DNA of 64,000 nucleotides from Candidatus Hydrogenedentota bacterium (GTDB lineage Bacteria; Hydrogenedentota; Hydrogenedentia; Hydrogenedentales; SLHB01): NCBI GenBank assembly GCA_045863335.1, contig BTVY01000016.1, positions 41,683 to 105,682 of the forward strand, read 5' to 3'. Shown piece by piece: positions 39,111 to 48,576 of this stretch (position 1 is its first letter; each line of letters starts with the position of its first letter). The notes under the pieces were generated by a model. It saw only the letters and a program-made list of their open reading frames with translations, ran no database searches and was not told where the DNA came from. The position numbers and the translations under genes were made by a program.

Positions 39111-40190
39111 CTACAGCAGGTCAAGGAACTTGTGGTTGGCCTTGGGGAAGGCGTAATCGGCGAATCGGGATCGGGCTACCCACTTCGTCGAGGTGTGTTC
39201 GGCGGGTGTGGGAGTTCCCGAAATCCAATCGCAGCGGTAAACGTTCATCGTCACTTTGAAATGTGAGTATGCGTGATTCACTACCGCGATGAGTCCGCCC
39301 GGTTTAACGGTCACACCGAACCCTTCACGCAAGATTCGTTTCAATGCCACTTGATGCGTTTCGCCAGGCAGTACTGGTCCGCCCGGGAATTCCCACATAC
39401 CTCCGAGCAGGCCGTTGTCGGGACGCTTAGCCAATAGGTACCGGCCATTCTTCGGTATGACGCCAACGACGTATTCGTGATGGGGCGTGGCCGCCTTCTT
39501 CTTGCGCACCGGCCGTTGTTCTTGAACTCCCTTCGCCAACGCGTCGCATTGGCGACGAACTGGACAGTCCGCGCATCGCGGAGCGCGCGGAGTGCAGACG
39601 CGGGCGCCGAGTTCCATCATGGCCTGATTGAAGTCACCGGGGGATTTCTGTGGAACGAGCGTCTCCGCGATTTCCCAGAGCCGATCCCGCGTTCGCGTAT
39701 CATCGGTCGACTCCGTAATGTCGAAGATTCGCGACAACACGCGGATGACGTTGCCGTCCAGCACCGCCACGGGTTCATCAAAAGCGATGCTTGCAATGGC
39801 GCCTGCCGTGTAGCGGCCGACCCCCGGCAGGGCCTGCCAGGCTTCGGCGGTTGCGGGAAAGGCCCCGTCCATTTCGTGGGCAACGATCTTTGCCGCGCGA
39901 TGCAGGTTTCGGGCACGGCTGTAGTACCCGAGACCTTCCCACAGTTTCAAGACCTGCGCGTCTCTGGCGGCGGCAAGCGCCTGTACGGTCGGGAATGCGG
40001 CAATGAAGCGTTCAAAGTAGGGCGTGCCCTGGTCGACCCGCGTTTGTTGCAGCATGATCTCCGACAACCAAACGGCGTAGGGGTCCTTGGTGCGGCGCCA
40101 CGGCAAATCGCGCGCTTCCCGCCGATACCATGCAAGCAGGCCGCGCCGGATGGCGGCCCGTTTCTTCTTTGCCGATTCGATGGGCGTCAA
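39111..40190 (-). CDS. mutY: A/G-specific adenine glycosylase
   Basis: SEIMLQQT, WEGLGYYSRARNL, LPGVGRYTA, DGNV, CX6CX2CX5C Fe-S cluster, C-terminal Nudix-like domain. Confidence 0.97.
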   Translation of the reverse strand: MTPIESAKKKRAAIRRGLLAWYRREARDLPWRRTKDPYAVWLSEIMLQQTRVDQGTPYFERFIAAFPTVQALAAARDAQVLKLWEGLGYYSRARNLHRAAKIVAHEMDGAFPATAEAWQALPGVGRYTAGAIASIAFDEPVAVLDGNVIRVLSRIFDITESTDDTRTRDRLWEIAETLVPQKSPGDFNQAMMELGARVCTPRAPRCADCPVRRQCDALAKGVQEQRPVRKKKAATPHHEYVVGVIPKNGRYLLAKRPDNGLLGGMWEFPGGPVLPGETHQVALKRILREGFGVTVKPGGLIAVVNHAYSHFKVTMNVYRCDWISGTPTPAEHTSTKWVARSRFADYAFPKANHKFLDLL

Positions 40191-40202
40191 TTCGGTCCGG
40201 CT

Positions 40203-41180
40203 CTACTCGTTCAGGTACTGGGCGACTTCCCGCAGCACATCCGCGCGACCGGCCCAAGGTTTATAGATTGCGCGCATGGTAAGCGAATACGTCTCTCCGA
40301 CTTTCCAATCCGGAATCACCAGTTGAAAGTCCCAGGCGGGATTCGTGTCGTCGCCGGCCTCCGTCTGCGTGCCGCCGCTGGGTGAGTGGGCGAATCGAAG
40401 ATAGGGGTTTGGTTTGAACACGTAGATCAACACCATGTCGCGAACCCGCCCATAGTAGAAGGGGACGGAATACCGCAACGGCGACAGGGAATTGAAGAGC
40501 GTGTCCGCTTTAGGCGGGTAGCTCAAATCCGTCTGATCCGTACTGGGAAGGACGGTGCTGTTGAGTCCGTGGACTTGTGTGCAGAACTGGACCCAGAACG
40601 GTTCATCCAGCGTGGATTCCCCCTGCAGGAAGTAGATGCTCTTGTCCAGGGGCTCGTTGATATACGAGGCCCAGAATACCCCCATGAATCCGCCCTCAAA
40701 CGCTGGCTCGTGCGGAATGCAGCGAAACGCCATGTCGATGTAGTAGGGGTCCTTGACCTCGAACGTGGTCCAACTCTCTACCCCGTAGTGAGGCGTCGGT
40801 GGTTGATAGAGTTCCGCCGTCCGCTCGTCGATCCGACGGAACTCCATGGGCACGCGCCGCGGCTCGAAGAAGACATTCATGTCTTCACTGCGGGGGCGCG
40901 CGTCGAAATAGTGTTCGAGGTTCAGCCCCGCATAGCGCACAACATACGGCGACACCGGCTCATTCGGCGATCGCATGCGGAACACGCCGTTGTACCCTTC
41001 GCGATGCTCGCCGACCGCCGCGTTGTTGCCAATCGTGCAGACCAGCTTCGATGCGCGGAACTCGGCAAAGTCCATGGACGGGCTCGCTTCCTTGGTCGTT
41101 GCGCATCCCACGACAACCACGACGGCACCTACCGCCACGGCAACGCGGGCTAGGGAGGCAGGTGTCGATCGCGTTACCAT
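40203..41180 (-). CDS. Hypothetical lipoprotein
   Basis: MVTR...AVVVVVG-C lipobox; start overlaps the stop of the upstream gene. Confidence 0.7.
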   Translation of the reverse strand: MVTRSTPASLARVAVAVGAVVVVVGCATTKEASPSMDFAEFRASKLVCTIGNNAAVGEHREGYNGVFRMRSPNEPVSPYVVRYAGLNLEHYFDARPRSEDMNVFFEPRRVPMEFRRIDERTAELYQPPTPHYGVESWTTFEVKDPYYIDMAFRCIPHEPAFEGGFMGVFWASYINEPLDKSIYFLQGESTLDEPFWVQFCTQVHGLNSTVLPSTDQTDLSYPPKADTLFNSLSPLRYSVPFYYGRVRDMVLIYVFKPNPYLRFAHSPSGGTQTEAGDDTNPAWDFQLVIPDWKVGETYSLTMRAIYKPWAGRADVLREVAQYLNE

Positions 41181-42496
41181 TGCGCGGGGACAGCCATCTG
41201 CTCGTCCGGCGTGGGCAGGGGTTTGATTCGGATGTTGCGGTACATTACGGAATCGTTGTGTTCCGTCAACACGATGAACCCGCGGGGCAGCCGGACTTTC
41301 AACTCGTCGTGCTCGTACAGGTTTCGATCCTGCACCACCGTGCCGTTGAGCACATACCTTAACTGAGAGCCGTTCAGCGTCACTTCCGAAACGTTCCATT
41401 CGCCTAGTGGCTTGACCGCATTGACCGATGGCGCCTCCACATCATAGATGGAGCCGGTGCTGTTCTTGTCCGGTTCATTCCCATAGTCGCCAAGCATCTG
41501 GTATTCCATGCCGATTCGCGACGCGCGAGCGGAACGCGGGGCGCGCAAATGCACACCGTTGTTGCCGCCTTTGGGCAGCGTCCATTCCCAGCGCAGGACA
41601 AAATTGCCGTACCGATCGATCGTGCGAAGCCCGCGCGATCCGCCGGAGACGCGCTCGAGTATACCGTCGTGGACCTGCCAGGCTGCCTGGCTGTCTCCGA
41701 GGACGGTCCAGCCGTTAAGGGTTTTCCCGTCGAACAGCGCGATCCAGCCTTCTGCCGCTTCGGCGGGCGTCAGAACGGAATTGTCGGGCGTCCAGGAATA
41801 GTTCTCCGCGGGAAGCACGTTTGCGAGGTCGAGCAGTTCGTAATACTCGTCGTATTGGGGAAGAATGAAGTGGGCTTGCTCAACAAGCGCGGGCGGCAGT
41901 GCGCCGAGCAGCAGCGCCGGCCTATCCGCGGCGGCCTCAGGATCGGATACGATCTGAACGTCGCCGCCTTCCGGAGACACGAGCATGAGCCCCGGCGCCC
42001 TCCGATGAATTTCCCGAGCGAGTCGCGCGGAGTCGGGTCCTTCGAGTAGATAGACCAGATCCTGGTCTTTGCGGAACTCCTTGGCGATCGTCTTTGCGGC
42101 CTGGATTCGCGCTTTTTCCGTTTTGGGGGCATAGGGACCGAACACGCGAACCACGCCGACCATGCCTCGGCCCGAACCGATATCGCGAATCTGGCGCACA
42201 GCGTCGGCCGCTTCCTTCGAAATACTCCTTCCATCTTCGCTGACTCCGTAGAGGTCGAAGCAGGGCGCCGGGGCCCCCACGTCGGCGGCCCGGTTCATGC
42301 CCCGGTAAACGTCTGCGATCGGAGCGCCCGGTTTGGCGAGATCGGGAACGTAAATCGACCGAATCGTATACTCGCTGGAGCCTCGCTTTACGACGCCATT
42401 GTCAACGCGAAATTCGTTATCCGCTGATGCGGTCGCCGCCAGTACGATGAACGCCGCCATCGTACGCGAAATCTGTAGAATGCTTCCGGAATTCAC
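41174..42496 (-). CDS. Secreted protein with C-terminal DUF1080 (3-keto-disaccharide hydrolase-like) domain
   Basis: GWIALFDGKTLNGW, NNGV, EYQMLG, GSIY, GEWN, YRNIRIK; GTG start with GAGGAG RBS. Confidence 0.85.
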   Translation of the reverse strand: MNSGSILQISRTMAAFIVLAATASADNEFRVDNGVVKRGSSEYTIRSIYVPDLAKPGAPIADVYRGMNRAADVGAPAPCFDLYGVSEDGRSISKEAADAVRQIRDIGSGRGMVGVVRVFGPYAPKTEKARIQAAKTIAKEFRKDQDLVYLLEGPDSARLAREIHRRAPGLMLVSPEGGDVQIVSDPEAAADRPALLLGALPPALVEQAHFILPQYDEYYELLDLANVLPAENYSWTPDNSVLTPAEAAEGWIALFDGKTLNGWTVLGDSQAAWQVHDGILERVSGGSRGLRTIDRYGNFVLRWEWTLPKGGNNGVHLRAPRSARASRIGMEYQMLGDYGNEPDKNSTGSIYDVEAPSVNAVKPLGEWNVSEVTLNGSQLRYVLNGTVVQDRNLYEHDELKVRLPRGFIVLTEHNDSVMYRNIRIKPLPTPDEQMAVPAQW

Positions 42497-42653
42497 TGTC
42501 TCACTCCTCGCGGTTGGTTCGGTCAAGAATAATGCGAGAAGCACTGTAGCAAATTCACTTCGCAAGCCGCTAACCGCTCCGGATCGTTGAACGTATGCGT
42601 CCGCTGGCGTATCATTCGGAGGTCTGGGCTACGAACTACGGATCGAGGTTAAT

Positions 42654-44282
42654 ATGAAATGGATGATTCCCGTGCTGGCGCTGATTGCGTCCGCCGCCGT
42701 TATGGGTCAGGAGAGCCCCTCCGAGGCTTCCCCGGAGAATGAGGCTTCGGATACGGATGAGGTCTATACCCGGGATACGCTGCTGGAGGGATCGAATGCG
42801 ATCCTGGACTCCATGGAAGCCGTCGAAAACTTCCTGGCAACGCAGACCGATTCCGCGGAAGAGCTGTCGGGCGACCCCGTGACGCTCACCGCGCGGCGAT
42901 GCGTGGAGCTGGCGTTGTCGCAAAACGCGCAAGTCGCGGTTGCCCAGGACGATGTGGTGGCGGCACAATCGAAGATTGGCCAGGCCCAGTCGCAGATGAA
43001 ACCGCAACTGAAGGCCTCCATGACGTTCACCCACACGGAACTGAATACCAAAGATTTCTCGTCCGGGTCGGGTGGGCTTGGCGGGGGGCTCGGCGGGGGC
43101 CTTGGCGGCGGTCTTCTTGGCGGAAGCTTGCTCGGTGGCGGCCTCCTGGGAGGTAGTCTACTCAGCGGTGGCGGGGGTGGAATTACCGATAGCCTCGGCC
43201 TCGAACCCGAAGACGATTTCCGGATGGACAAGGTCGAGTTAAATCAGGTCCTCTATGCGGGCGGTCAGATTCGCGCGGCCATCAACGCGGCGAAGTACCT
43301 GGCGGAATCGCAGGAGTGGCAGAAGGCCGCGACCCTGGCGCAGCTCGAGTATCAGGCCAAACAGGCGTTTTACGACGCCGCCGCCAGCGAGGCGCTGGTG
43401 AGCGTGGCCGAGGCGAGTGTGAAGTCCTTCGAGCGCAACCTGTCTGACGCGCAGGAGATGTTCGACGTTGGCATGGTCAGCAGCTTTGAGGTGTTGCGCT
43501 CGCAAACGGAATTGGGAAGCCGCCAGGCAAGTCTGGTCGAGGCGCGAAACATTCAGCGCCTGGCCCATGCGAATCTGCGCCGGATCATCGCGGTGCCTCA
43601 GAACACGCCGCTTGTGCTGGAGCCCAAGCTGGACTATCTGCCCTATACGCCGGATATCGACGAATTGGTCACCCACGCCGAAGAACACCGCCCTGAGATT
43701 CAATCGCTGAAGAAAGGTATCGAGGCCGCAAAGGCGGACGTTGAACGGGTCCGCGGCCAGTACAAGCCCCAGGCTGGCGCGAATATCCAGTGGCAGAACG
43801 TCGACAACGGCGGATTCTCGCAGCCGGACGGCTGGACCTTCAGCGTCGCGGGTCAGTGGGACATCTACCAGGGCGGCAAGCGTAAGCACGAACTCGTGGA
43901 ATCCAAGGCGCGGTTGCAGAGCCTCGAAGATCAGTTGCGCGACCTCGAGGCGCTGATTGAGCTGGACATCACACAGGCCTACATTCAGATCAAAGACTCC
44001 ATGGCGCGCATTGTGAGTGAGAATGGCACCCGCGAACTCGCCCAGGAAGGCTTGCGCCTTTCCGAGTTACGGTTCCAGGAGGGCGTCGGAACCCAATCCG
44101 AAACCCTCGATGCGGAGCTGGCGCTGACGAATGCGGAGCGTTCACTTGTGCAAGCGCTGCGCGACCTCGCCGTCGCCAACGCCGCGTTGGAGCGCGCTAT
44201 CGGCAAGAGCTGGGAACATATCGCGCCGGAGACCGCCGAGCCTGCGGAGCCGGAAGAGAGCAGCGCCGAGCCCGGTCAGTGA
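42654..44282 (+). CDS. TolC-family outer membrane protein with Gly/Leu-rich insertion
   Basis: Signal peptide, LTARRCVELAL, QVLYAGG, RPEIQ, two OEP repeats. Confidence 0.9.
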   Translation: MKWMIPVLALIASAAVMGQESPSEASPENEASDTDEVYTRDTLLEGSNAILDSMEAVENFLATQTDSAEELSGDPVTLTARRCVELALSQNAQVAVAQDDVVAAQSKIGQAQSQMKPQLKASMTFTHTELNTKDFSSGSGGLGGGLGGGLGGGLLGGSLLGGGLLGGSLLSGGGGGITDSLGLEPEDDFRMDKVELNQVLYAGGQIRAAINAAKYLAESQEWQKAATLAQLEYQAKQAFYDAAASEALVSVAEASVKSFERNLSDAQEMFDVGMVSSFEVLRSQTELGSRQASLVEARNIQRLAHANLRRIIAVPQNTPLVLEPKLDYLPYTPDIDELVTHAEEHRPEIQSLKKGIEAAKADVERVRGQYKPQAGANIQWQNVDNGGFSQPDGWTFSVAGQWDIYQGGKRKHELVESKARLQSLEDQLRDLEALIELDITQAYIQIKDSMARIVSENGTRELAQEGLRLSELRFQEGVGTQSETLDAELALTNAERSLVQALRDLAVANAALERAIGKSWEHIAPETAEPAEPEESSAEPGQ

Positions 44283-44557
44283 GTCTTCCCGCAGGTAACC
44301 TTGCGAGATTCGTCGATTAGTAGGGCGGGGCGGCTGCTCAGCCCCGTCACAAGGTACGCCCGTCACATCCCCCACAGATGAAATATCGAAGAGTGTACGT
44401 TTTTCGTGCTTTTCGACTTCCGTGTTTTTTTGGTTCTGTTCAGACGCCAGCTCCCCTTTCGATCAATCCTTCCTTAAATAGCTGATATTTCTGTATTTAT
44501 GCAATGTGATTCACGCGCGAAAACCGGCCTGATGCAGATTCGAGGCTTGGCGACGGC

Positions 44558-44586
44558 TTGACAAGGGGCCGATAACGGGCTAGAAT
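44558..44586 (+). promoter_or_regulatory. Sigma70 promoter for the tetR-rnk locus
   Basis: TTGACA (44558-44563), 17-bp spacer, TAGAAT (44581-44586). Confidence 0.85.
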
Positions 44587-44599
44587 GAGTGTGGATTCA

Positions 44600-44621
44600 A
44601 AAATGAATTTCAATTCATTTT
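44600..44621. promoter_or_regulatory. Palindromic operator, probable TetR site
   Basis: Perfect AAAATGAATT-TC-AATTCATTTT between promoter and RBS; degenerate copy at 44585-44600. Confidence 0.8.
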
Positions 44622-44635
44622 CGTGAGGAACTCCC

Positions 44636-45709
44636 ATGACGATATTCAGCAAAGAGGGGAAAGTGCATACCACGAAACGACGTCAACGCGTCGATGCGGC
44701 GATCCTGGATGCGGCTGAGCTGGTGTTCACACAAAAGGGATATCAGCAGGCGACGATGGACGCCGTCGCGCGCGAGGCCGGCATCTCCGTGGGGACGCTG
44801 TACAACCTGTTCAAGAGCAAGGAGGACATCTACGGGCAGGTCGCGCTGCGCGTCGGGGAAGTCGTGCTTCGGCGTCTCGATCCACTGGCGCGCGCGAGCG
44901 ACCCGGAAGCGGCCGTACTCGACCTCATCCGGCTTCGTTTGCACAACTACACGAACGACCGTCTGTTCTTTCAGCCTTTCTGCTTCCCGGCCTATCTGGG
45001 AGTGCAACCGGAACCGTCGCGTCTTGGCCCTGAAGTGAACCGGCTTCACGAGCACTACGTGGATCTTGTTGAGCGAATATTCCGCCGGTGCCTCGCGAAA
45101 GTGGGACAACCGGGCACCCCGGATATCAAGATGGCGGTCTGCCTGGAAGGGATGTTGAATGTATTCATGGGGTACTGGTCCGAGCCGTTGCAGTCCGACA
45201 ATCTGGCCAAAGTAGCGCGTCACATGAAGACCGTGCTGCTTCGCGGGGTAGCCCCGGCGATCGACACTTCCGAAAGTGACGCGGAAGTGGCTACCTCCCG
45301 GGCGCTCTACATCAGCCGCTATGACTTGGAACGGCTGACGGAACTAATCGAGGTCGTGCGTGACTTCGGGAAGAGGGAGAACCAGAAGTACGCCGACAAT
45401 CTCGACGACGTATTGAAGCATGCGCGCGTGACCAGTCCGCGAGAAGTGCCGCCGGACGTCGTCACGATGAATTCCAAAGTACGCGTGGTCAATCGGAATA
45501 CGGGCACGGAGCATGTGTACGCGCTGGTCTTTCCGCGCAGCGCCGAATCGGCGCCGGAGAACATTTCCATTCTGAATCCGCTTGGGACCGCATTGCTGGG
45601 GCGGCGGCTGGGGGATGTGTTCACGGTCGGGGCCGACGAGACGGCCCCCGTCTATGAGATCACACAGATGCTGTATCAGCCGGAGGCGTCAGGTGATTAC
45701 CACTTGTAG
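44636..45709 (+). CDS. TetR/AcrR regulator fused to a C-terminal Rnk (GreA/GreB-like) domain
   Basis: HTH AILDAAELVFTQKGY..TMDAVAREAGISVGTLYNLFKSKE; residues about 223-357 have PPDVVTMNS, LVFP, ISILNPLGTALLG, YQPEASGDYHL. Confidence 0.9.
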   Translation: MTIFSKEGKVHTTKRRQRVDAAILDAAELVFTQKGYQQATMDAVAREAGISVGTLYNLFKSKEDIYGQVALRVGEVVLRRLDPLARASDPEAAVLDLIRLRLHNYTNDRLFFQPFCFPAYLGVQPEPSRLGPEVNRLHEHYVDLVERIFRRCLAKVGQPGTPDIKMAVCLEGMLNVFMGYWSEPLQSDNLAKVARHMKTVLLRGVAPAIDTSESDAEVATSRALYISRYDLERLTELIEVVRDFGKRENQKYADNLDDVLKHARVTSPREVPPDVVTMNSKVRVVNRNTGTEHVYALVFPRSAESAPENISILNPLGTALLGRRLGDVFTVGADETAPVYEITQMLYQPEASGDYHL

Positions 45710-45752
45710 ATTACGTTCGCACAGGCAGCGCGACGCGAAAAGGAGTGGCGTG

Positions 45753-46172
45753 ATGGAGAAGCAAATCGTGATTACAGCGCTTGACAGGCACCGTATTCTG
45801 GACTGCCTGTATGTTCTAAACGAGTTTCCAGAGAAGCGGAGTTTGCCGCACATTCAACGCCTCGAGGACGAGGTCAAGCATGCTACGGTGATCTTGGATC
45901 CCATTTACATGCCGGCGGACGTCATTACGATGCGTTCCCGGGCGAAGTTGAGAAGCCCCGCAACCCAGGAGGCAGTGGAATGGACGCTGGTGTATCCGGC
46001 GGAAGGCGATATGGCATGCGGCAGAGTCTCCATACTTTCCCCGATTGGCTCGGCCATGATCGGCTGCAAGGTGGGGGATTCCTTCGAAGCGGATGTGGCC
46101 GGCGGGCGAAACGAGTTTGTTGTTGAAGCGATAACATATCAGCCCGAAGCGACGGGTGAGCAGTATGTATAG
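45753..46172 (+). CDS. Rnk-family (nucleoside diphosphate kinase regulator / Gre-like) protein
   Basis: MPADVITMRS, TLVYP, VSILSPIGSAMIG, YQPEA; AGGAG RBS. Confidence 0.88.
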   Translation: MEKQIVITALDRHRILDCLYVLNEFPEKRSLPHIQRLEDEVKHATVILDPIYMPADVITMRSRAKLRSPATQEAVEWTLVYPAEGDMACGRVSILSPIGSAMIGCKVGDSFEADVAGGRNEFVVEAITYQPEATGEQYV

Positions 46173-46433
46173 TTGCGCATATTCGCGAGTACTTCTGCTA
46201 TCCCAATAGTCGCGGACGTATTCCGGGGATAGAGCGAACGAAGAAATGGCACCCGGCGGCCGGTAACGCGCGGAGCGTGTTGCGGAGCGCCGGGGTTTGC
46301 AGCGAAACCGATCGCGGCGTGGTTGCAGATCTTGGAGAATGAGACTCCCTGACCACAATCCGCGTCCGACAAGCCAGTAGAATGGCGCGGCTCGCGCACG
46401 CGAAGCCGTCGCCGCGTCAAATGGAGAAATCCC

Positions 46434-46856
46434 ATGAGCAAAAAGAACGCCGTGATAAGTGAATTTGACAAGGCCCGCCTGCAGGAGGTGATCGACTCGA
46501 TTCGGGCGCAAAGCAGCGACAACCGCCCGTGGTCGATGGGCGATAAACTCCAGGAGAGGCTGACCACGTCCGAGGCGCTGGACCCTAAAGACATCCCCGC
46601 GGATACCGTAACGATGAACTCCATCGTGCGGGTACGAGATCTCGATACGGACAAGGTCGGGGTGTACAACCTGGTATTCCCTTCGGACAGCAAGCCTCTC
46701 GAGGGGCGGATCTCCGTGCTTTCCTCCCTTGGCATCGCGCTGTTCGGTTCTCGCATCGGCGCCGTGGTCGAATGGGAGACACCGAAGGCGCACAAGAATC
46801 TGGAGATTGTGGGAATCATCTACCAGCCGGAAGCGGCGCAGCATTGGACGCTCTGA
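46434..46856 (+). CDS. rnk: Rnk-family protein
   Basis: IPADTVTMNS, LVFP, GRISVLSSLGIALFG, VEWETP, YQPEAA; GGAG RBS. Confidence 0.88.
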   Translation: MSKKNAVISEFDKARLQEVIDSIRAQSSDNRPWSMGDKLQERLTTSEALDPKDIPADTVTMNSIVRVRDLDTDKVGVYNLVFPSDSKPLEGRISVLSSLGIALFGSRIGAVVEWETPKAHKNLEIVGIIYQPEAAQHWTL

Positions 46857-46982
46857 GAATCGCGCGTGGACCGTGCAATGAGAGGCGCGGCATTCGCGCG
46901 TTCAATGCCAGGTTTGCGGTTCTCGATGGGCATAGGAATTGGATTGGTATTGGCTGCGCGATTCGCGGCATGAGAGGTTGTA

Positions 46983-47534
46983 ATGACTACGGGACTGTTG
47001 TTGACGGGCGTACTTGTCTTCCTGGCGCGAATCGTCGATGTCGCCTTGGGCACGCTTCGGACCTTGATGACCGTGCAGGGCCGCATTCTCATGGCAGCCA
47101 GTCTGGGCATCGTGGAGGTCATCGTCTGGATTCTCGTGGTCAGCGCGGTCGTAAGTCAGATCAGAGAGACGCCCGCGTTGATTCTGTTCTACGCTTTTGG
47201 TTTCGCCAGTGGCAATGTGATTGGCATCCTGGTCGAATCGAAACTCGCGTTGGGAAATGTCGCGCTCAAGGTCATTTCGACTCAAGCAGGGCCGTCCCTG
47301 GCCGAACGGCTTCGGTCGATTGGCCAGCCGGTGACGGTGTTCACGGGAATGGGCATGAGTGGTCCCGTCCATCAGCTGTTCATGATATGCCGGCGGAAAG
47401 ATCTGGGCCGGCTGCTCGACGTTGTCAAGGGCGTGGACGCTAACGCGTTCGTTGTTACGGAGATGATCAAGGACGTCAACAAGTTGCTGAACCCGATCCA
47501 GGTTCCGGTCGCGAAGTCGCAGATAACCCCGTAA
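46983..47534 (+). CDS. UPF0316 (DUF5698 + DUF2179) membrane protein
   Basis: ARIVDVALGTLR, EVIVW, YAFGFASGNVIG; three TMs plus a small PII-like C-terminal domain. Confidence 0.85.
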   Translation: MTTGLLLTGVLVFLARIVDVALGTLRTLMTVQGRILMAASLGIVEVIVWILVVSAVVSQIRETPALILFYAFGFASGNVIGILVESKLALGNVALKVISTQAGPSLAERLRSIGQPVTVFTGMGMSGPVHQLFMICRRKDLGRLLDVVKGVDANAFVVTEMIKDVNKLLNPIQVPVAKSQITP

Positions 47535-47688
47535 CTCGCGCGTCAACGTGCGCGAACGCATCCTCGCGACGCTTAAGCGTTCCGGGCGGTGGAGAAGGAT
47601 GTTCGCGAGAAGGAATCCACGTCCACCGGAGCGCGTTTACGGATCACTTCTCGCCGCGGTACGATGAAACGAGGGGAACGATCTGCGG

Positions 47689-48576
47689 CTACCGTGTGTG
47701 GTGTGGAGGATCGCACGTCAAGCAGGCCGATCCGTCAGGGAATACGGTCTTGAACGCGAACCGGCCGGACGCGGGATCGAGTTCAATGAGCTTGGCGCCT
47801 TTGGGGAGCCGGTCGGCGCCGTAGCCGCCGTGGCCGGTGGCGCGGCCGTAGGTCAGGATGATCCCTTCCTCTTCAAACCAGAAGTCGTTCACGTGGCTGT
47901 GGCCGACGAAGCAGGCGCGGATCGTGCCGGTATCGCGGATCGCGTCGAACCGGTCGGCGCTGTTTCCCCAGTACAACACCTCTTCCTGGGCGATGCCGTG
48001 CACGGTCCCCGCGAGCCGGGCGCGCTCGTATTGCTCAAGAGGAATATGAAAGAACGCAATGGCCGGGGTGCGTTCGCCGCGCTCCAGCACGATGCGTTCG
48101 GACTCCGTGCGTAGCCAACGCAGGTCCTGGGGCCAAAGCCCTTCGCGGTGGGAGTTCAGGAAGTAGAGGTCCCACGCGGGACGCCCTTCACATTTGATAC
48201 CGACACGAAAATTGCCCCGCCCGTCTCCTTTCGGCATACAGGCGTTCTGCGACGCGGCAATGCGCGCCGCGTCAAACTCAAGTTGGTTCACGTAGTCGTG
48301 ATTGCCCCACGTGAAGGCCCAGGGCGCGCCGAGGGTGCCGAGGAAACTCAGATCCCGGTCCATCAAATCCCGTCCCCGATCGGGCTTATCGTCACCACAC
48401 CAGATGTCGCCCGTTACCGCGAGGAAGCCGGGTTGCCAGTGCTGAACGAGGGCGCGGATATCCGCATAGGTGCGCGCCGCCGCATCGTCGCCCGTGTCGT
48501 TGTGGAAGTCCGTCAGTTGGAGTATGCGGAAGTCCCGGTCCGTGCGGGCTTGGATGCTCCCGTTCGTTTCGCTCAT
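47689..48576 (-). CDS. Calcineurin-like metallophosphoesterase
   Basis: DFH, TGD, GNHD, FFHIP, GHSH motifs; ATGA overlap with the GH9 gene. Confidence 0.9.
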   Translation of the reverse strand: MSETNGSIQARTDRDFRILQLTDFHNDTGDDAAARTYADIRALVQHWQPGFLAVTGDIWCGDDKPDRGRDLMDRDLSFLGTLGAPWAFTWGNHDYVNQLEFDAARIAASQNACMPKGDGRGNFRVGIKCEGRPAWDLYFLNSHREGLWPQDLRWLRTESERIVLERGERTPAIAFFHIPLEQYERARLAGTVHGIAQEEVLYWGNSADRFDAIRDTGTIRACFVGHSHVNDFWFEEEGIILTYGRATGHGGYGADRLPKGAKLIELDPASGRFAFKTVFPDGSACLTCDPPHHTR

